The notes under the pieces were generated by a model, which saw only the letters and a list, made by a program, of their open reading frames with translations, was not told the DNA's origin and searched no databases. Positions 19,078 through 30,555 of a stretch of DNA of 64,000 nucleotides are shown in pieces (the stretch's first letter is position 1; every line of letters starts with the position of its first letter). The stretch comes from an uncultured Acidobacteriota bacterium (GTDB taxonomy: Bacteria > Acidobacteriota > Vicinamibacteria > Vicinamibacterales > CAVVIG01), in contig CAVUXJ010000005.1 in assembly GCA_963745495.1 (NCBI GenBank), positions 198,847 to 262,846 of the forward strand, written 5' to 3'. Position numbers and translations under genes: made by a program.

Positions 19078-21097
19078 ATGCCGATCGCTGTGATGTCCAA
19101 CCTCGGAGCCGCCGCGTCCGGTGGTCGGCCTTCGACTGCTGCCGGGGCGCCGGTTCCTGATACGGCGTCCGAGCGGAAGTACCTCCTCGAGCGCGTCGGC
19201 GACGCGGCCGTCGTGCAGTTGTACGCCGATGGCTTTCGCGATCTGCCGCTTGCCGAGAAAACGCTCATCTGGCATCTCTATCAGGCGGCGCTAGCGGGCC
19301 GGGACATCTTCTACGATCAGAAGCACGCGCGGAGTCTGGAAATGCGCGACGTGCTCGAGGCGATCATCACCGCGCCGGGCATCGAGCCCAGGACGTACGC
19401 CGAGATCCTCAGGTACACGAAACTGTTCTGGATCAACAGCGGTCCCTACAACAACAAGAGCGCGCGCAAGTTCGTGTTGGCCTGCACCGCGGAAGCGTTC
19501 GCGGCCGCGGCGCACACCGCCGCAAAGGCCGGCGCGAGGTTCGCGACGGCTGCCGGTGAGACGCTCGATCAGCTGCTCGCCCGGTTGAACCCGATGTTCT
19601 TCGATCCGGCCGTCGACCCGCTGGTGACGGCCAAGACGCCCGAGCGCGGGTATCGATATTCTTTCGGCGAGCGCCAACAACCTGTACGAGGACGTCTCGA
19701 TGGAGGACCTCGCAGGCTTTCGCGAGGAGTTCCCGCTGAACTCAAGGCTCGTGAAGAGAGATGGCTTGGTGATCGAGGAGGTGTATCGCGCCGACGGGCG
19801 CTACGGCAGCCAGATCTCGGCTGTCATCCGGCATCTCGAAGCGGCGATCCCCTTGGCAACCGGACCGATGGCCGAGGCCCTCCGCGCTCAGGTCCGGTAT
19901 TACCAGACCGGCACGGACAGCGATCGTGAGGCGTACGACATCGCGTGGGTCGAGGACAAATCGTCACCGGTCGACACGATCAACGGCTTCGTCGAAGTGT
20001 ACCTCGACGCGCGCGGCATCAAAGGCGCGTGGGAAGGCATTGTGTTCTACGTCAACCGCGACAAGACCGAGGGCATGCAGAAGCTTGCCGCCGCCGCGCC
20101 GTGGTTCGAGGAACGGATGCCGTGGGACCCGAGGTATCGCAACCAGGGCGTCCGCGGCATCACGGCGAACGCGATCGACGTCGTCGTCGAGACCGGCGAC
20201 GCCGGACCGGTGACCGCCATCGGGATCAACCTGCCGAACGATCAGCGCGTGCGCGAGCGGTACGGCAGCAAGTCGGTCTCGCTCGCGAATGTCCGCGACG
20301 CGAACGACAAGTCCATGCTGCCGGAATTCCGGACGGAGTTTTCATGGAGCAGCGAGGAGGCGGAGCGATCCGAGCGCTGGAGCGCTCTTGGCGGCGAGTT
20401 GACGACGAACATGCATGAAGTGATCGGCCACGGATCGGGCAAGGTGGAGGAGCGGCTGAAGGGGAGCCCCCAGACCGTCTTGAAGGAACAGTACTCGGCG
20501 CTCGAGGAGGCCCGCGCCGAGCTCGTCGCGTTGTATTTTCTGCCCGATCGCAAGCTCGCCGAGCTCGGGCTGGTGAACCCCGACGAGCAGGCGGAACTCG
20601 TGCGGGCCGAGTACGAGGCGTACGCGCGCAACGCGCTCGTGCAGCTGCGGCGCGTACGCGAGGGCACCCAGCTCGAAGAAGACCACATGCGGGCCATCCA
20701 GCTCATCGTCGGCTGGCTGATCGGCCACGCGAAGGCGATCGACGTGCGAACGCGCGACGCGAAAACCTATTTCGTCATGACCGATCCCGAGGCGTTTCAT
20801 GAAGGCGTCGGCCGTTTGCTCCGTGAAGTACAGCGCATCAAATCCGAAGGCGACTACCCGGCCGCCCGCTCGCTCTTCGAGACGTACGGCGTGCATTTCG
20901 ATCCGAAGCTTCGGGACGAAGTGGTCGCCCGTGTCGATCGGCTGAACCTGCCGTCGTACAGCGCGTTCGTCATGCCGAAGCTCGAGACCGTCGTGGACGA
21001 GGCCGGGCGGATCAGCGACGTGGCCATTTCTTATCCGCAGGATCTGGCCGTCCAGATGCTCGAGTACTCCGCGGCCACGCGCGACCTGCGGCGGTGA
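19078..21097 (+). CDS. Peptidase M49 (dipeptidyl peptidase III), apparent frameshift near 19650
   Basis: HEVIGH hexapeptide zinc motif, EEARAE, GINLPN. Confidence 0.88.
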
Positions 21098-21164
21098 ACA
21101 GCGATGCAAAGAGGCGAAATCGATGCGACACCATTGAACGCATCGAGATCGGTTCCACGCGCTG

Positions 21165-22349
21165 ATGTTCTCCAGCCGCGTGCAAGCCGACCTGACGCCC
21201 AATCGACTGACGCATGCGCTCGAGCGAAGGCGTGCGGAGGGCCGTCCCTACATCGACCTGACCGAATCCAATCCCACCCGCGCTGGACTGGATTATCCGG
21301 CCGATCTTCTCGTGCCGCTCGGCGATCGCCGCGGGCTGACGTATTCGCCGCAGCCGTTCGGCGCGCTGGAGGCGCGGCAGGCCGTCGCGGACGACTATGC
21401 ACGCCGCGGGATCGCGGTCGCCCCTGAGCGAATCATCCTCACGGTCAGCAGCAGCGACGCCTATTCGTTGTTGTTTCGCGTGCTCTGCGACCCGGGAGAT
21501 CGGATTCTCGCGCCGCGCCCGAGTTATCCGCTGTTCGAGCATCTGGGCCGTCTCGACGCCGTGACGATCACCCCGTACGACCTCGACTACCACGGCGTCT
21601 GGAGCGTCGATATCGCAAGTGTCGAGCACGCCCTCTCCGACAGGACGCGCGCGCTGCTGATCGTGACTCCCAACAACCCGACGGGGTCGTACGTGAAATC
21701 GCACGAGCTGGATCGCCTGGCGGCGATCTGCGCCGCGCGCGACATCGCCCTGATCGCGGATGAGGTGTTCGCTGACTACGAAATCGTTGCCGGCGCCTCG
21801 CGGTCGAGCGGCCGCGTGCTCGAACGCCAGGACGTCCTGGCGTTCAGCCTCGGGGGGCTTTCCAAATCCATCGGCCTGCCGCAGGTGAAGCTGGGCTGGA
21901 TCGGCGTCGGCGGCCCGGCGAATGCCGTCGAGCACGCGCTGGCGCGGCTGGAGTTCGCGTGCGATACCTATTTGTCGGTGTCGACGCCGGTGCAGCTTGC
22001 CGCGCCGGAACTGCTGCATCGCGGCACGTTGCTGCGCCGGCAGATTCAGGCGCGCGTGACCGCGAACTACAATCATCTGGCCGCCACGGGCGCGGCGATA
22101 CCGACCTGCGAGGTGCTCCACGCGGAAGGCGGATGGTACGCCATCGTCCGCGTTCCCTCGCTCTGCCCGGAAGAGGAGCTCGTGCTCAACCTTCTTGCGG
22201 ATGCAGACGTGCTGACACATCCAGGTTATTTCTTCGACTTCGCGCGCGAGTCGCACCTCGTGGTCAGCCTGATTGGCTCCGAGACTCGCTTCCGCGAGGG
22301 CGTTTCGCGCACGTTCCGGTACCTCGAGTCGCGCGGCGGCCAGGCGTGA
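21165..22349 (+). CDS. PLP-dependent aminotransferase class I/II
   Basis: PNNPTG, IADEVF, GLSKSIGLPQVKLGW. Confidence 0.88.
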   Translation: MFSSRVQADLTPNRLTHALERRRAEGRPYIDLTESNPTRAGLDYPADLLVPLGDRRGLTYSPQPFGALEARQAVADDYARRGIAVAPERIILTVSSSDAYSLLFRVLCDPGDRILAPRPSYPLFEHLGRLDAVTITPYDLDYHGVWSVDIASVEHALSDRTRALLIVTPNNPTGSYVKSHELDRLAAICAARDIALIADEVFADYEIVAGASRSSGRVLERQDVLAFSLGGLSKSIGLPQVKLGWIGVGGPANAVEHALARLEFACDTYLSVSTPVQLAAPELLHRGTLLRRQIQARVTANYNHLAATGAAIPTCEVLHAEGGWYAIVRVPSLCPEEELVLNLLADADVLTHPGYFFDFARESHLVVSLIGSETRFREGVSRTFRYLESRGGQA

Positions 22350-23926
22350 GCGCGTCTTCCGGCCGCCGTGCCGGCGTCCTCATCCCGTTGTTTTCGTGTC
22401 CGTCGACCGCGAGCTGGGGCATCGGCGATATCAGCGATGTCGCGCCGATAACCGCGTGGCTCGCCGGCGCCGGCCTGCGCGTCCTGCAGCTGCTGCCGCT
22501 CAACGAAATGGCGCGTGGCGGGACATCGCCATACTCGGCGACGAGCGCGATGGCCATCGATCCGATCTTCATCCGCGTCACCGCGGTGCCGGAGTTTGCC
22601 GCGATCGGCGGCGAGGTCACGCTCCCGTCGGCCGATCGGGCACGTCTCGCCGAGGCGCGGCGTTCCCCCCGGGTGGAGTATCAGCCGATCCGGCGCTTGA
22701 AGGATGCGGCGTTTGCCGTGTCATTCGAGCGTTTCAGCGAAGAGGAATGGCGCCGCGACACGGCGCGCGCCCTCTCGCTGCGAGCGTACATCGCCAGCCA
22801 GGCGTGGTGGCTCGACGACTACGCCCTGTTTCGGGCGATTCATCGTCGAGAACAGGACCGGCCGTGGACCGAATGGCCCGAGCCGCTCCGTCGCCGCGAT
22901 CCAGACGCTCTTGAGCGCGCGCGCCAGGAGATCTGGGCCGACGTGCTATACCACCAATACCTGCAGTGGCTGGCCGACTCGCAGTGGCGAGAGGCGCGCG
23001 CCGCTGCCGCGGCAAACGGCGTCGGGCTGTTCGGCGATCTCCCGTTCATGGTGGATGGCGACAGCGCCGACGTATGGGCCCGGCAGGACCAGTTCCATCT
23101 CGACGTGTCGATCGGCGCACCGCCCGATGCGTTCACCGCAACCGGCCAGGACTGGGGCATGCCGGCCTATCGATGGGCCGCGGCCGCAGCCGACGATTTC
23201 GGCTGGCTGCGCGATCGCGCGCGGCGAACCAGCGACCTATACGACGGGTACCGCGTCGACCATGTCGTCGGTTTCTACCGGACGTATGCCCGGCCGCACG
23301 ACGGCCGCGAGCCGTTCTTCACGCCCGCCGAAGAGGAGCGGCAGCTCGCGCTCGGCGAACGCGTGCTGGCCGTGCTTCGCGAACCAGGCGCGGAGATCAT
23401 CGCCGAGGATCTCGGCACGGTGCCCGATTTCGTCCGGGCTTCCCTGATGCGGCTCGGTGTGCCGGGCTTCTGCGTGTTCCGGTGGGAGCGCTATTGGCAT
23501 TGGGAGGGTCAGCCCTTCCGCGATCCTTTCGAATACCCTGCGCTCTCGGTTGCGGCGTCCGGCACCCACGACACCGAGCCGATGGCGACGTGGTGGGAGC
23601 ATGCATCGCCGGACGAACGGTCGAAGGTGAACGATCTTCGGACGATTCAGTGGCTCACCGGCGGAGCGGGGCTGACGATCGGTCCGTACGATCCCATCAT
23701 CCGGGATGTCTTGCTCGAAGCGCTCTTTGCGTCCCGATCGGACCTTTTCTTGACCGTCGTGCAGGACGTGTTCGGGTGGCACGACCGGATCAACGAGCCG
23801 GCCACGGTCAATGACAGGAACTGGACCTTCCGCCTGCCCTGGCCATCCGATCGGCTGAACGAGGTGCCTGTCGCCGTGGAGCGGCAGTCAACGCTGCGGG
23901 CGTGGGCGAGCCGGCACGGTCGTTAG
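22346..23926 (+). CDS. malQ: 4-alpha-glucanotransferase (GH77)
   Basis: RRAGVLIPLFS, SPYS, GAPPDAF..GQDWG, RVDH, AEDLG, GTHD; GTG overlaps the upstream stop. Confidence 0.9.
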   Translation: MSASSGRRAGVLIPLFSCPSTASWGIGDISDVAPITAWLAGAGLRVLQLLPLNEMARGGTSPYSATSAMAIDPIFIRVTAVPEFAAIGGEVTLPSADRARLAEARRSPRVEYQPIRRLKDAAFAVSFERFSEEEWRRDTARALSLRAYIASQAWWLDDYALFRAIHRREQDRPWTEWPEPLRRRDPDALERARQEIWADVLYHQYLQWLADSQWREARAAAAANGVGLFGDLPFMVDGDSADVWARQDQFHLDVSIGAPPDAFTATGQDWGMPAYRWAAAAADDFGWLRDRARRTSDLYDGYRVDHVVGFYRTYARPHDGREPFFTPAEEERQLALGERVLAVLREPGAEIIAEDLGTVPDFVRASLMRLGVPGFCVFRWERYWHWEGQPFRDPFEYPALSVAASGTHDTEPMATWWEHASPDERSKVNDLRTIQWLTGGAGLTIGPYDPIIRDVLLEALFASRSDLFLTVVQDVFGWHDRINEPATVNDRNWTFRLPWPSDRLNEVPVAVERQSTLRAWASRHGR

Positions 23927-23932
23927 CACTAA

Positions 23933-23963
23933 TCCCGGAAGGCGACCCAAGCGCCTTCCGGGA
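23933..23963. terminator. 12-bp stem hairpin after malQ
   Basis: tcccggaaggcg-acccaag-cgccttccggga, no U-tract. Confidence 0.45.
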
Positions 23964-23995
23964 CGCCCAGCACCTCATGACATAATTTGATCCCC

Positions 23996-25228
23996 ATGGC
24001 GTCCCTGCACCCGTTTCGCGCGCTGCGTCCAAGGCCGGCAGACGCCTGGCGGATCGCGGCGGTCCCCTACGACGTCGTCAGCACCGATGAAGCGCGGGCG
24101 CTGGCGGAAGGCAACCCGCTGAGTTTTCTGCGCGTCTCTCGCGCGGAGATCGAGCTGGCGGCTTCGACCGATCCGTACTCGGAGGCCGTCTATCGCCGCG
24201 CGGCCGAGAACTTCTCCAGACTGAAGACCGAATCGCTCGTCTTCGAATCCGAGCCCTGCGTGTACTGCTATCGCCTGCGAATGGGATCGCACGAGCAGAT
24301 CGGCGTGGCCGCCTGCTACTCGATCGACGAGTACGACCGCGACCTCATCAAGAAGCACGAACGGACCCGGCGGGACAAGGAGGACGATCGCACCCGGCAC
24401 ATGCTGACCCTTGGGGCGCAGACCGGTCCCGTGTTTCTGACCTACCGCGCCACCGACGGGATCGATGCCGTGTCCCGACGCGTCGCGAAGGGCGATCCGC
24501 TCTTCGACTTCGAGGCAGACGACCACGTGCAGCACACCCTGTGGGCCGTCCACGGGACCGATCGCGACACGCTCGTCGCGGAGTTCGGCCGCCTGCCGGC
24601 GCTGTACATCGCCGACGGGCACCACCGTGCGGCGAGCGCCGCGCGCGCGCGCGACGGGATGGCCGCGCGCGGTGCAACGGGCACGTCGATCGGTGACGGC
24701 GCCGATGCCACGACGATGCTGGCCGTCGCGTTTCCGCACGACCAGGTGCAGATTCTCGCGTACAACCGAATCGTGAGGGACCTCGGCGGGCTGTCTGCCG
24801 ATCAGTTCCTCGCTGCGCTACGCGAGCGTTTCACGCTGACCGAAGGGCCCGCGCCCCCAATCTCGCGCGGCGACCTCGCCCTCTACTTCGAGCGCCAATG
24901 GCGGACCCTCCGGCCGCGCCAGGCGCCGGACCGCTCCGATCCGATTGCGTCGCTCGACGTGAGCGTGCTGCAGGATCAGTTGCTCGCGCCCGTGCTGAAC
25001 ATCGTGGACGTCCGCACGGACAAACGCATCGATTTCATCGGCGGCGCTCGAGGAACCGGGTCGCTCGAGACGCTCGTCGACTCGGGCCAGGCGGCGGCGG
25101 CCTTCTCGCTGTTTCCTGTCAGCGTCGCCGATCTGATGGCAGCCTCCGACGCCGGCGCCATCATGCCGCCCAAGAGCACCTGGTTCGAGCCCAAGCTTCG
25201 AGACGGTCTCCTCATACACGTCATCTAG
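23996..25228 (+). CDS. DUF1015 family protein
   Basis: PYDVV, IKKHERT, LYIADGHHR, MPPKSTWFEPKLRDGL. Confidence 0.88.
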   Translation: MASLHPFRALRPRPADAWRIAAVPYDVVSTDEARALAEGNPLSFLRVSRAEIELAASTDPYSEAVYRRAAENFSRLKTESLVFESEPCVYCYRLRMGSHEQIGVAACYSIDEYDRDLIKKHERTRRDKEDDRTRHMLTLGAQTGPVFLTYRATDGIDAVSRRVAKGDPLFDFEADDHVQHTLWAVHGTDRDTLVAEFGRLPALYIADGHHRAASAARARDGMAARGATGTSIGDGADATTMLAVAFPHDQVQILAYNRIVRDLGGLSADQFLAALRERFTLTEGPAPPISRGDLALYFERQWRTLRPRQAPDRSDPIASLDVSVLQDQLLAPVLNIVDVRTDKRIDFIGGARGTGSLETLVDSGQAAAAFSLFPVSVADLMAASDAGAIMPPKSTWFEPKLRDGLLIHVI

Positions 25229-25234
25229 CCACCA

Positions 25235-25325
25235 GCGGGAGGGCGGGAAAGGGCAGGAGGGGGCTGGAGGGGCGGGAAGGGCAGGAGGGGCGGGAAGGGT
25301 TGGCCGCCGCAGCCCTTCCTGTCGC
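25235..25325. repeat. Array of 9-bp GGCRGGARG units with short inverted arm
   Basis: About seven units (ggcgggaaa/ggcaggagg/ggctggagg/ggcgggaag...) then cccttcctgtc. Confidence 0.75.
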
Positions 25326-25359
25326 CTCTTCGGGCGGACGGTCGATCGCGGAGGAGAAC

Positions 25360-26338
25360 ATGAACGTCCTCGTCGCCGACAGGTTCGAGCAGAGCGGCCT
25401 CGACGGCCTCAGGAAGGCCGGATGCGACGTTTCCTATCAACCCGACCTGAAGGATGCGGCGCTCGCAGAGGCGATTCTCGAGAGACGGCCGAGGTGCTGG
25501 TCGTCCGCGGGACTCCGGTCACGCCGGCAATGCTCGAAGGCAGTGCGCTGTCGCTGATCGTCCGTGCCGGCGCCGGCTACAACACGATCGACGTGGCGGC
25601 GGCCTCTCGGCAGTGTATCTACGTGTCGAACTGTCCCGCTCAAAACGCCATTGTCGTCGCCGAGTGGACCCGTGCAGATCGCCGCGTCGCCCCAGACGAT
25701 GGCCGAACGCGCGGATATCCTGAGCGTGCACCTGGCGCTGACGGCTGCCACACGCGACTTCGTCGACAGCTCGATCCTCGAGAGGCTGAGGCCGGGCGCC
25801 TACGTGATCAACACCGCGCGCGGAGCTCATCGACTCCACGGCCCTCGAACGATCCGTGCGCGAGCGTAGCGTTCGCGTCGGCGTCGACGTGTTCGCGAAC
25901 GAGCCGACCGCAGCGACGGGCGCCTTTGCCGACCGAATCGTGCAGTGGCCGAACGTCTACGGGACGCATCATATCGGCGGATCGACCGATCAGGCGCAGG
26001 ACGCCATTGCGGACGAGACCGTCCGGGTCATCGTCACCTACAAGAACACCGGCAAGGTTCCGAACGTCGTGAACCTGGCGACCAAGACGCCGGCCACGCA
26101 CATGCTCGTCGTCCGGCACCGCGATCGTCCCGGAGTGCTCGCTCACGTCTTCGACCGCTTGCGGAGCGGCCTGATCAACGTGCAGGAGACCGAGAACGTC
26201 GTGTTCGAAGGCGCGGAAGCCGCTGTGGCCCGCATCAATCTGGACCAGGCGCCGTCCGACGCGCTCCTTCAGGCGATCCGTGCCGGCTGCGGTGACATCC
26301 TCGACGTGCATGTTATTGCCATCGGAGTTGACAGTTGA
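25360..26338 (+). CDS. serA: D-3-phosphoglycerate dehydrogenase with ACT domain; frameshifted and apparently missing the NAD-binding segment
   Basis: RAGAGYNTID, INTARG, DVFANEP, HHIGGST, HRDRPGVL spread over several frames; adjacent to serC. Confidence 0.75.
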
Positions 26339-26361
26339 CAGTTAACTGACGACCCTAGACC

Positions 26362-27471
26362 ATGACCTCCAAGACCACTGTCCATCGCATCTTCAACTTT
26401 TCCGCCGGACCCGCAGCGATGCCGGTGTCCGTTCTGGAGGAAGCGCAGCGCGATCTGCTGGCGCTGCCAGGCGCCGGCATGTCGATTCTCGAGATCAGCC
26501 ATCGATCGAAACGGTTCGAGGCGATTCTCGCGCAGGCCGAAGCCGACATTCGCACGCTGGCGGCGGTTCCCGCCAACTATCGGGTGCTGTTCCTGCAGGG
26601 CGGAGCCAGCCTGCAATTCTCGATGGTCCCCATGAACCTGCTCGGCGCCGGGGCCACGGCCGACTACATCGACAGTGGATCGTGGGCCGAGAAGGCGATT
26701 CAGGAGGCGAAGAAGGTCGGGACCGTGCACGTGGCGGCCACGACGAAAGGCGACCAATATACGCGCGTGCCGGATCAGAGGGAACTGACGCTTACCAGCG
26801 GCGCGGCCTACGTGCACATGACATCGAACAACACGATCGAAGGCACGCAGTTCCAGCAAATCCCGGACGTTGGCGACGCGCCGCTCGTGAGCGACACGTC
26901 CTCGGAGATGTTCAGCCGACCCATCGACGTCTCGCGCCATGCCCTCATCTACGCCGGGGCGCAGAAAAATATGGGACCGGCAGGCCTGACGATCGTCATC
27001 ATCCGCGACGATCTGGTCGCGCGCTCGCTGAGCCGCAAGGCCACGCTGTCCACGATGCTGAACTACGCCGTCCACGCGGAACACGGATCGTTGTACAACA
27101 CGCCCCCCGCCTTCGCGGTCTACCTGCTGGGGCTTGTCATGAAATGGCTCATCGCCCGAGGTGGCCTCAGCGCGACTGCTGAGATCAACGAACGGAAGGC
27201 GGCGAAGCTGTACGCGGAAATCGATCGGACCGGGTTCTATCGCGGCACGGCGCACGCCAGCAGCCGATCGTTGATGAACGTGACGTTCCGGCTGCTCACT
27301 GAAGAGCTTGAGAAGCGGTTCATCAAAGACTCAGAAGCGGCAGAGTTGGACGGCCTGAAAGGACACCGAGCGGTCGGCGGCATGCGCGCATCCATTTACA
27401 ATGCGTTTCCGGAGGAAGGCGTCGATGCGCTCGTGGCGTTCATGCGCGAGTTCGAGCGAAAATACGGCTAA
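26362..27471 (+). CDS. serC: Phosphoserine aminotransferase
   Basis: FNFSAGPA, LQGGAS, YAGAQKNMGPAG, GHRAVGGMRASIYNA. Confidence 0.95.
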   Translation: MTSKTTVHRIFNFSAGPAAMPVSVLEEAQRDLLALPGAGMSILEISHRSKRFEAILAQAEADIRTLAAVPANYRVLFLQGGASLQFSMVPMNLLGAGATADYIDSGSWAEKAIQEAKKVGTVHVAATTKGDQYTRVPDQRELTLTSGAAYVHMTSNNTIEGTQFQQIPDVGDAPLVSDTSSEMFSRPIDVSRHALIYAGAQKNMGPAGLTIVIIRDDLVARSLSRKATLSTMLNYAVHAEHGSLYNTPPAFAVYLLGLVMKWLIARGGLSATAEINERKAAKLYAEIDRTGFYRGTAHASSRSLMNVTFRLLTEELEKRFIKDSEAAELDGLKGHRAVGGMRASIYNAFPEEGVDALVAFMREFERKYG

Positions 27472-27520
27472 AAGCGTGATAGAATAGGATGTTCCCCCTA
27501 GCGACACGCCTTCAGAGGAG

Positions 27521-28261
27521 TTGTCCGTGCTTGCTTCGCTCCTGTTGTGTCTCCTCGTCGCCGCGGTCCTCATCCAGGTGGCCGTGTTCAGCACGACCAT
27601 TTTCCTCCACCGCACCGCGACCCACCGTGCGCTGACGCTGCACCCGGCTGTTGCCTGGCTCTTCCGTCTGTCCCTGTGGCTCACGACTGGCATCGCGACA
27701 CGAGAATGGGTCGCCGTTCACCGCAAGCATCACGCGTTTACCGATCAGGAAGGCGACCCGCACAGCCCGATGTTGATGGGCTTCTGGTCCGTTCAGCTTG
27801 GCAACGTGTTTCACTACGTCAAGGAAGCCAAGAACAAGGAGGTCGTCGAGCGCTACGCGCGCGACATCCATGAAGACATCTGGGATCGGCTGTTCTTCAA
27901 TCACGGCGTTGCCGGGCTCTTCGTGGGGATCGCGGCGCTGTGCGCCGTGCTCGGCCTCGGCTGGGGCTTGCTGGCGGCCAGCGTTCATGCGGTGATGTAC
28001 GTCTTCGTGCTGTCCTCCTCGATCAATGGTCTGTGCCACCACGTCGGCTACAAGAACTTCGACAACACGGCGACCAATCTGCGGCTGCTCGCACTGGTCA
28101 CCGGCGGCGAGGGTCTTCACAACAACCACCACGGATACCCGCGCAGCCCGAAATTCAGCTTCCGCACCAGCGAGATCGATCCCGCCTGGCCGCTCATCAA
28201 GCTGCTGATCGCACTCCGACTCGCCAAGCCGTACAAGACGATCGAGGAAGTGGCCGCGTAG
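27521..28261 (+). CDS. Membrane fatty acid desaturase (delta-9 type)
   Basis: His boxes HRTATH, HRKHH, HNNHH. Confidence 0.9.
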   Translation: MSVLASLLLCLLVAAVLIQVAVFSTTIFLHRTATHRALTLHPAVAWLFRLSLWLTTGIATREWVAVHRKHHAFTDQEGDPHSPMLMGFWSVQLGNVFHYVKEAKNKEVVERYARDIHEDIWDRLFFNHGVAGLFVGIAALCAVLGLGWGLLAASVHAVMYVFVLSSSINGLCHHVGYKNFDNTATNLRLLALVTGGEGLHNNHHGYPRSPKFSFRTSEIDPAWPLIKLLIALRLAKPYKTIEEVAA

Positions 28262-28359
28262 CGTCGCCGCACGCTCCGCGAGTGACTGGTTGACACGAAG
28301 ACCGGTCCACTGCGGGTTGCCTCTCCGCACGGCATTCAACGGCGTCGAGCTCTGAGTCG

Positions 28360-29652
28360 CTACTGACGGTACTGGCCGGGCGCGGCGCCGGCGTCGCCGA
28401 CGCCGCCGGCGGAATGGCGGGGGTTCGCTCTCAACCTCGCCCGCGGCCGGCAGATCCGCCCCGCGCTCGGCCAGAACGGTCTTCCAGTGGGCGACGACCT
28501 CGGGCGCGTTCCCGTGGACCTCGAGCCACGTGAGCGCTTCGCGAAAGACAGCGCGATGGGTGAGGGTCCGCTGCGCCCGCAGGTTCGCTTCACGATCGCG
28601 AATCCGCCGCTGCAGCCCGAGGACCTGCTTCAAACGCTCGACGTCGCGCCGGGCCAGCGGGAGGTCGCCCAGTCGTGGTCCCATCGCCGCCTCGTCGTCG
28701 GAGGACACCGATGAGGGGTGGGCCGATGTCGGGGGAAAGCCAAGCGGAACGAGCAGGCTGCCGAGGAGCAGCGTGTTCGTGAACGTGTCGGGCGTCGACT
28801 CGAACCTGCGGCGGTAGGCGTCCACGGCCGCAAGCGATCGCCAGAGCGGCTCGTCGGCTCCCTGATGGAGCTCGGCGGAAATCGGTTCCAGCAACCCCGC
28901 GTGGGCAAGGCCCCGAAACGTCTTCTCCGCGTAACCCGAGCGCAGGATCTTGTAGTACTCCTCGAGGAGGCGTGGCGGTGAACTGCGCGCGATCTCGTGG
29001 CGATGCAGCCGAATCGCTTCGAGCACCGGCGGATCCAGCGTGAAGTCGAGGCGCGCCGCGAGCGCGACCGCACGCAGCATCCGTACCGGATCCTCGACGA
29101 ACCGCACTTCCGGATCGCCGATCGAGCGCACGATGCCGGCCCGCAGATCCTCCATGCCGTTGACGTAGTCGATGATCGAGAAGGTCGCGATATCGTAGAC
29201 GAGCGCGTTGATCGTGAAGTCGCGCCGGAACGCGTCCTCTTCGGGCGTGCCGAAGGTGTTGTCGCGGTGGATCAGCTGCTGGCCCGCATACGTCGACGGG
29301 TCGTGAACCGGAACGCCCTCCTGCGACGATTTCTTCGCCGGCCTGCACCTGGCGGCGGAACGTCGCCACCTCGATCACCTTCGAGCCGAACTTGACGTGG
29401 GCCAGACGGAAGCGGCGTCCGATGATCCAGCAGTTACGAAATAGCTTCTTGACCTGGTACGGGATGGGCCGACGTGCCGATGTCAAAATCCTTGGGACGG
29501 CGGCCGAGCAGCAGATCGCGCACGCTTCCGCCAACGAGGTAGGCCACGTAATTGAACTGCCGGAGTCGATAGAGAACCTTGAGCGCGTCGGGGTCGATAT
29601 CGCGGCGCGAGATTGGATGCTCTGCGCGCGGGATCTGCCTCGGTTCGACCAC
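28360..29652 (-). CDS. pcnB: Poly(A) polymerase I, frameshifted; 3' end approximate
   Basis: [19 protein letters not shown] signature [20 protein letters not shown], Arg-rich C-terminus. Confidence 0.85.
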
Positions 29653-29745
29653 GGCGGCATTGTACCAAAACCGTCGCGACGGCGGACTAACTGCTGTTGT
29701 CTCAGTGACTTATCGGCCGATATGGTCTGTGGTACCATCGCCAGC

Positions 29746-30542
29746 ATGCGCACGTGCTCTGCGGGGTGATCGCCCTGCTGATCCTTGCCGTGATGCCCCT
29801 GCGGGCGGCCGATCCGAAGGATCCGCTCGATCGCGCGCGGGCTCTCTACAACGAGCGTCAATTCGAGGCGGCACTCGCGGCGGCTGAAGAAGGAGGCCGC
29901 GTGCCGGCGCGCCAGGACAGCGCCGACCTGATCGCGGCGCGCGCGTATCTCGAACGGTTTCGGGAGAGCGCAGCGCCGGAAGACCTGGCCAGCGCGCGCG
30001 ATCGCCTGCGCCGCCTGAACCCCGAACGGCTCAGCGCCCGAGAGCGGGTCGAGTTCCTGGTCGGGCTTGGCGAAGCGCTGTTTTTCGGAGAGTCCGCGGG
30101 GGCAGCCGCCCAGGTGTTCGAATCAGTGCTCGCGCGGCGCGACGATCTTCCGCCGGACGCCCGGGAACGCGTGCTCGACTGGTGGGCAAGTGCGGTCGAC
30201 CGCGATGTCAGGCCGCGCCCCGATATCGAGCGCCAGGAGGTATACCGGGAGATTCGCAAGCGGATGCAGTCCGAGCTCGGCGCCAATCCCGCGAGCACTG
30301 TCGCGTCGTACTGGCTCGCGGCGGCGGCGTGGGCGCAGGGCGATCAGCAAGCCGCATGGGACGCTGCCCAGGCGGGATGGGTTCGCGCGCCGCTCGCGGC
30401 CGATCACGGCGTCGCGCTTCGCGGCGAGCTCGATCGTCTGGTGCAGCGGGGGATTGCGCCCGCCCGCGCCAAGGCGCTGGCGCAGCCGCCCGACGCCGTG
30501 CGCCTCGACTGGGAGGGTTTCAAGGAGAGATGGAACAGATAG
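29746..30542 (+). CDS. Secreted helical (TPR-like) hypothetical protein
   Basis: Signal peptide and Ala-rich helices; ATG 29746 follows a -10 box but needs a 1-bp correction; the open frame begins at 29754. Confidence 0.65.
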
Positions 30543-30555
30543 AAATACTTACACT

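Noticed and set aside
27512-29155. pcnB frame reading through the whole desaturase gene antisense
   Set aside because: PAP similarity ends at the Arg-rich tail near 28380; read-through probably reflects an indel plus a stop-poor shadow frame
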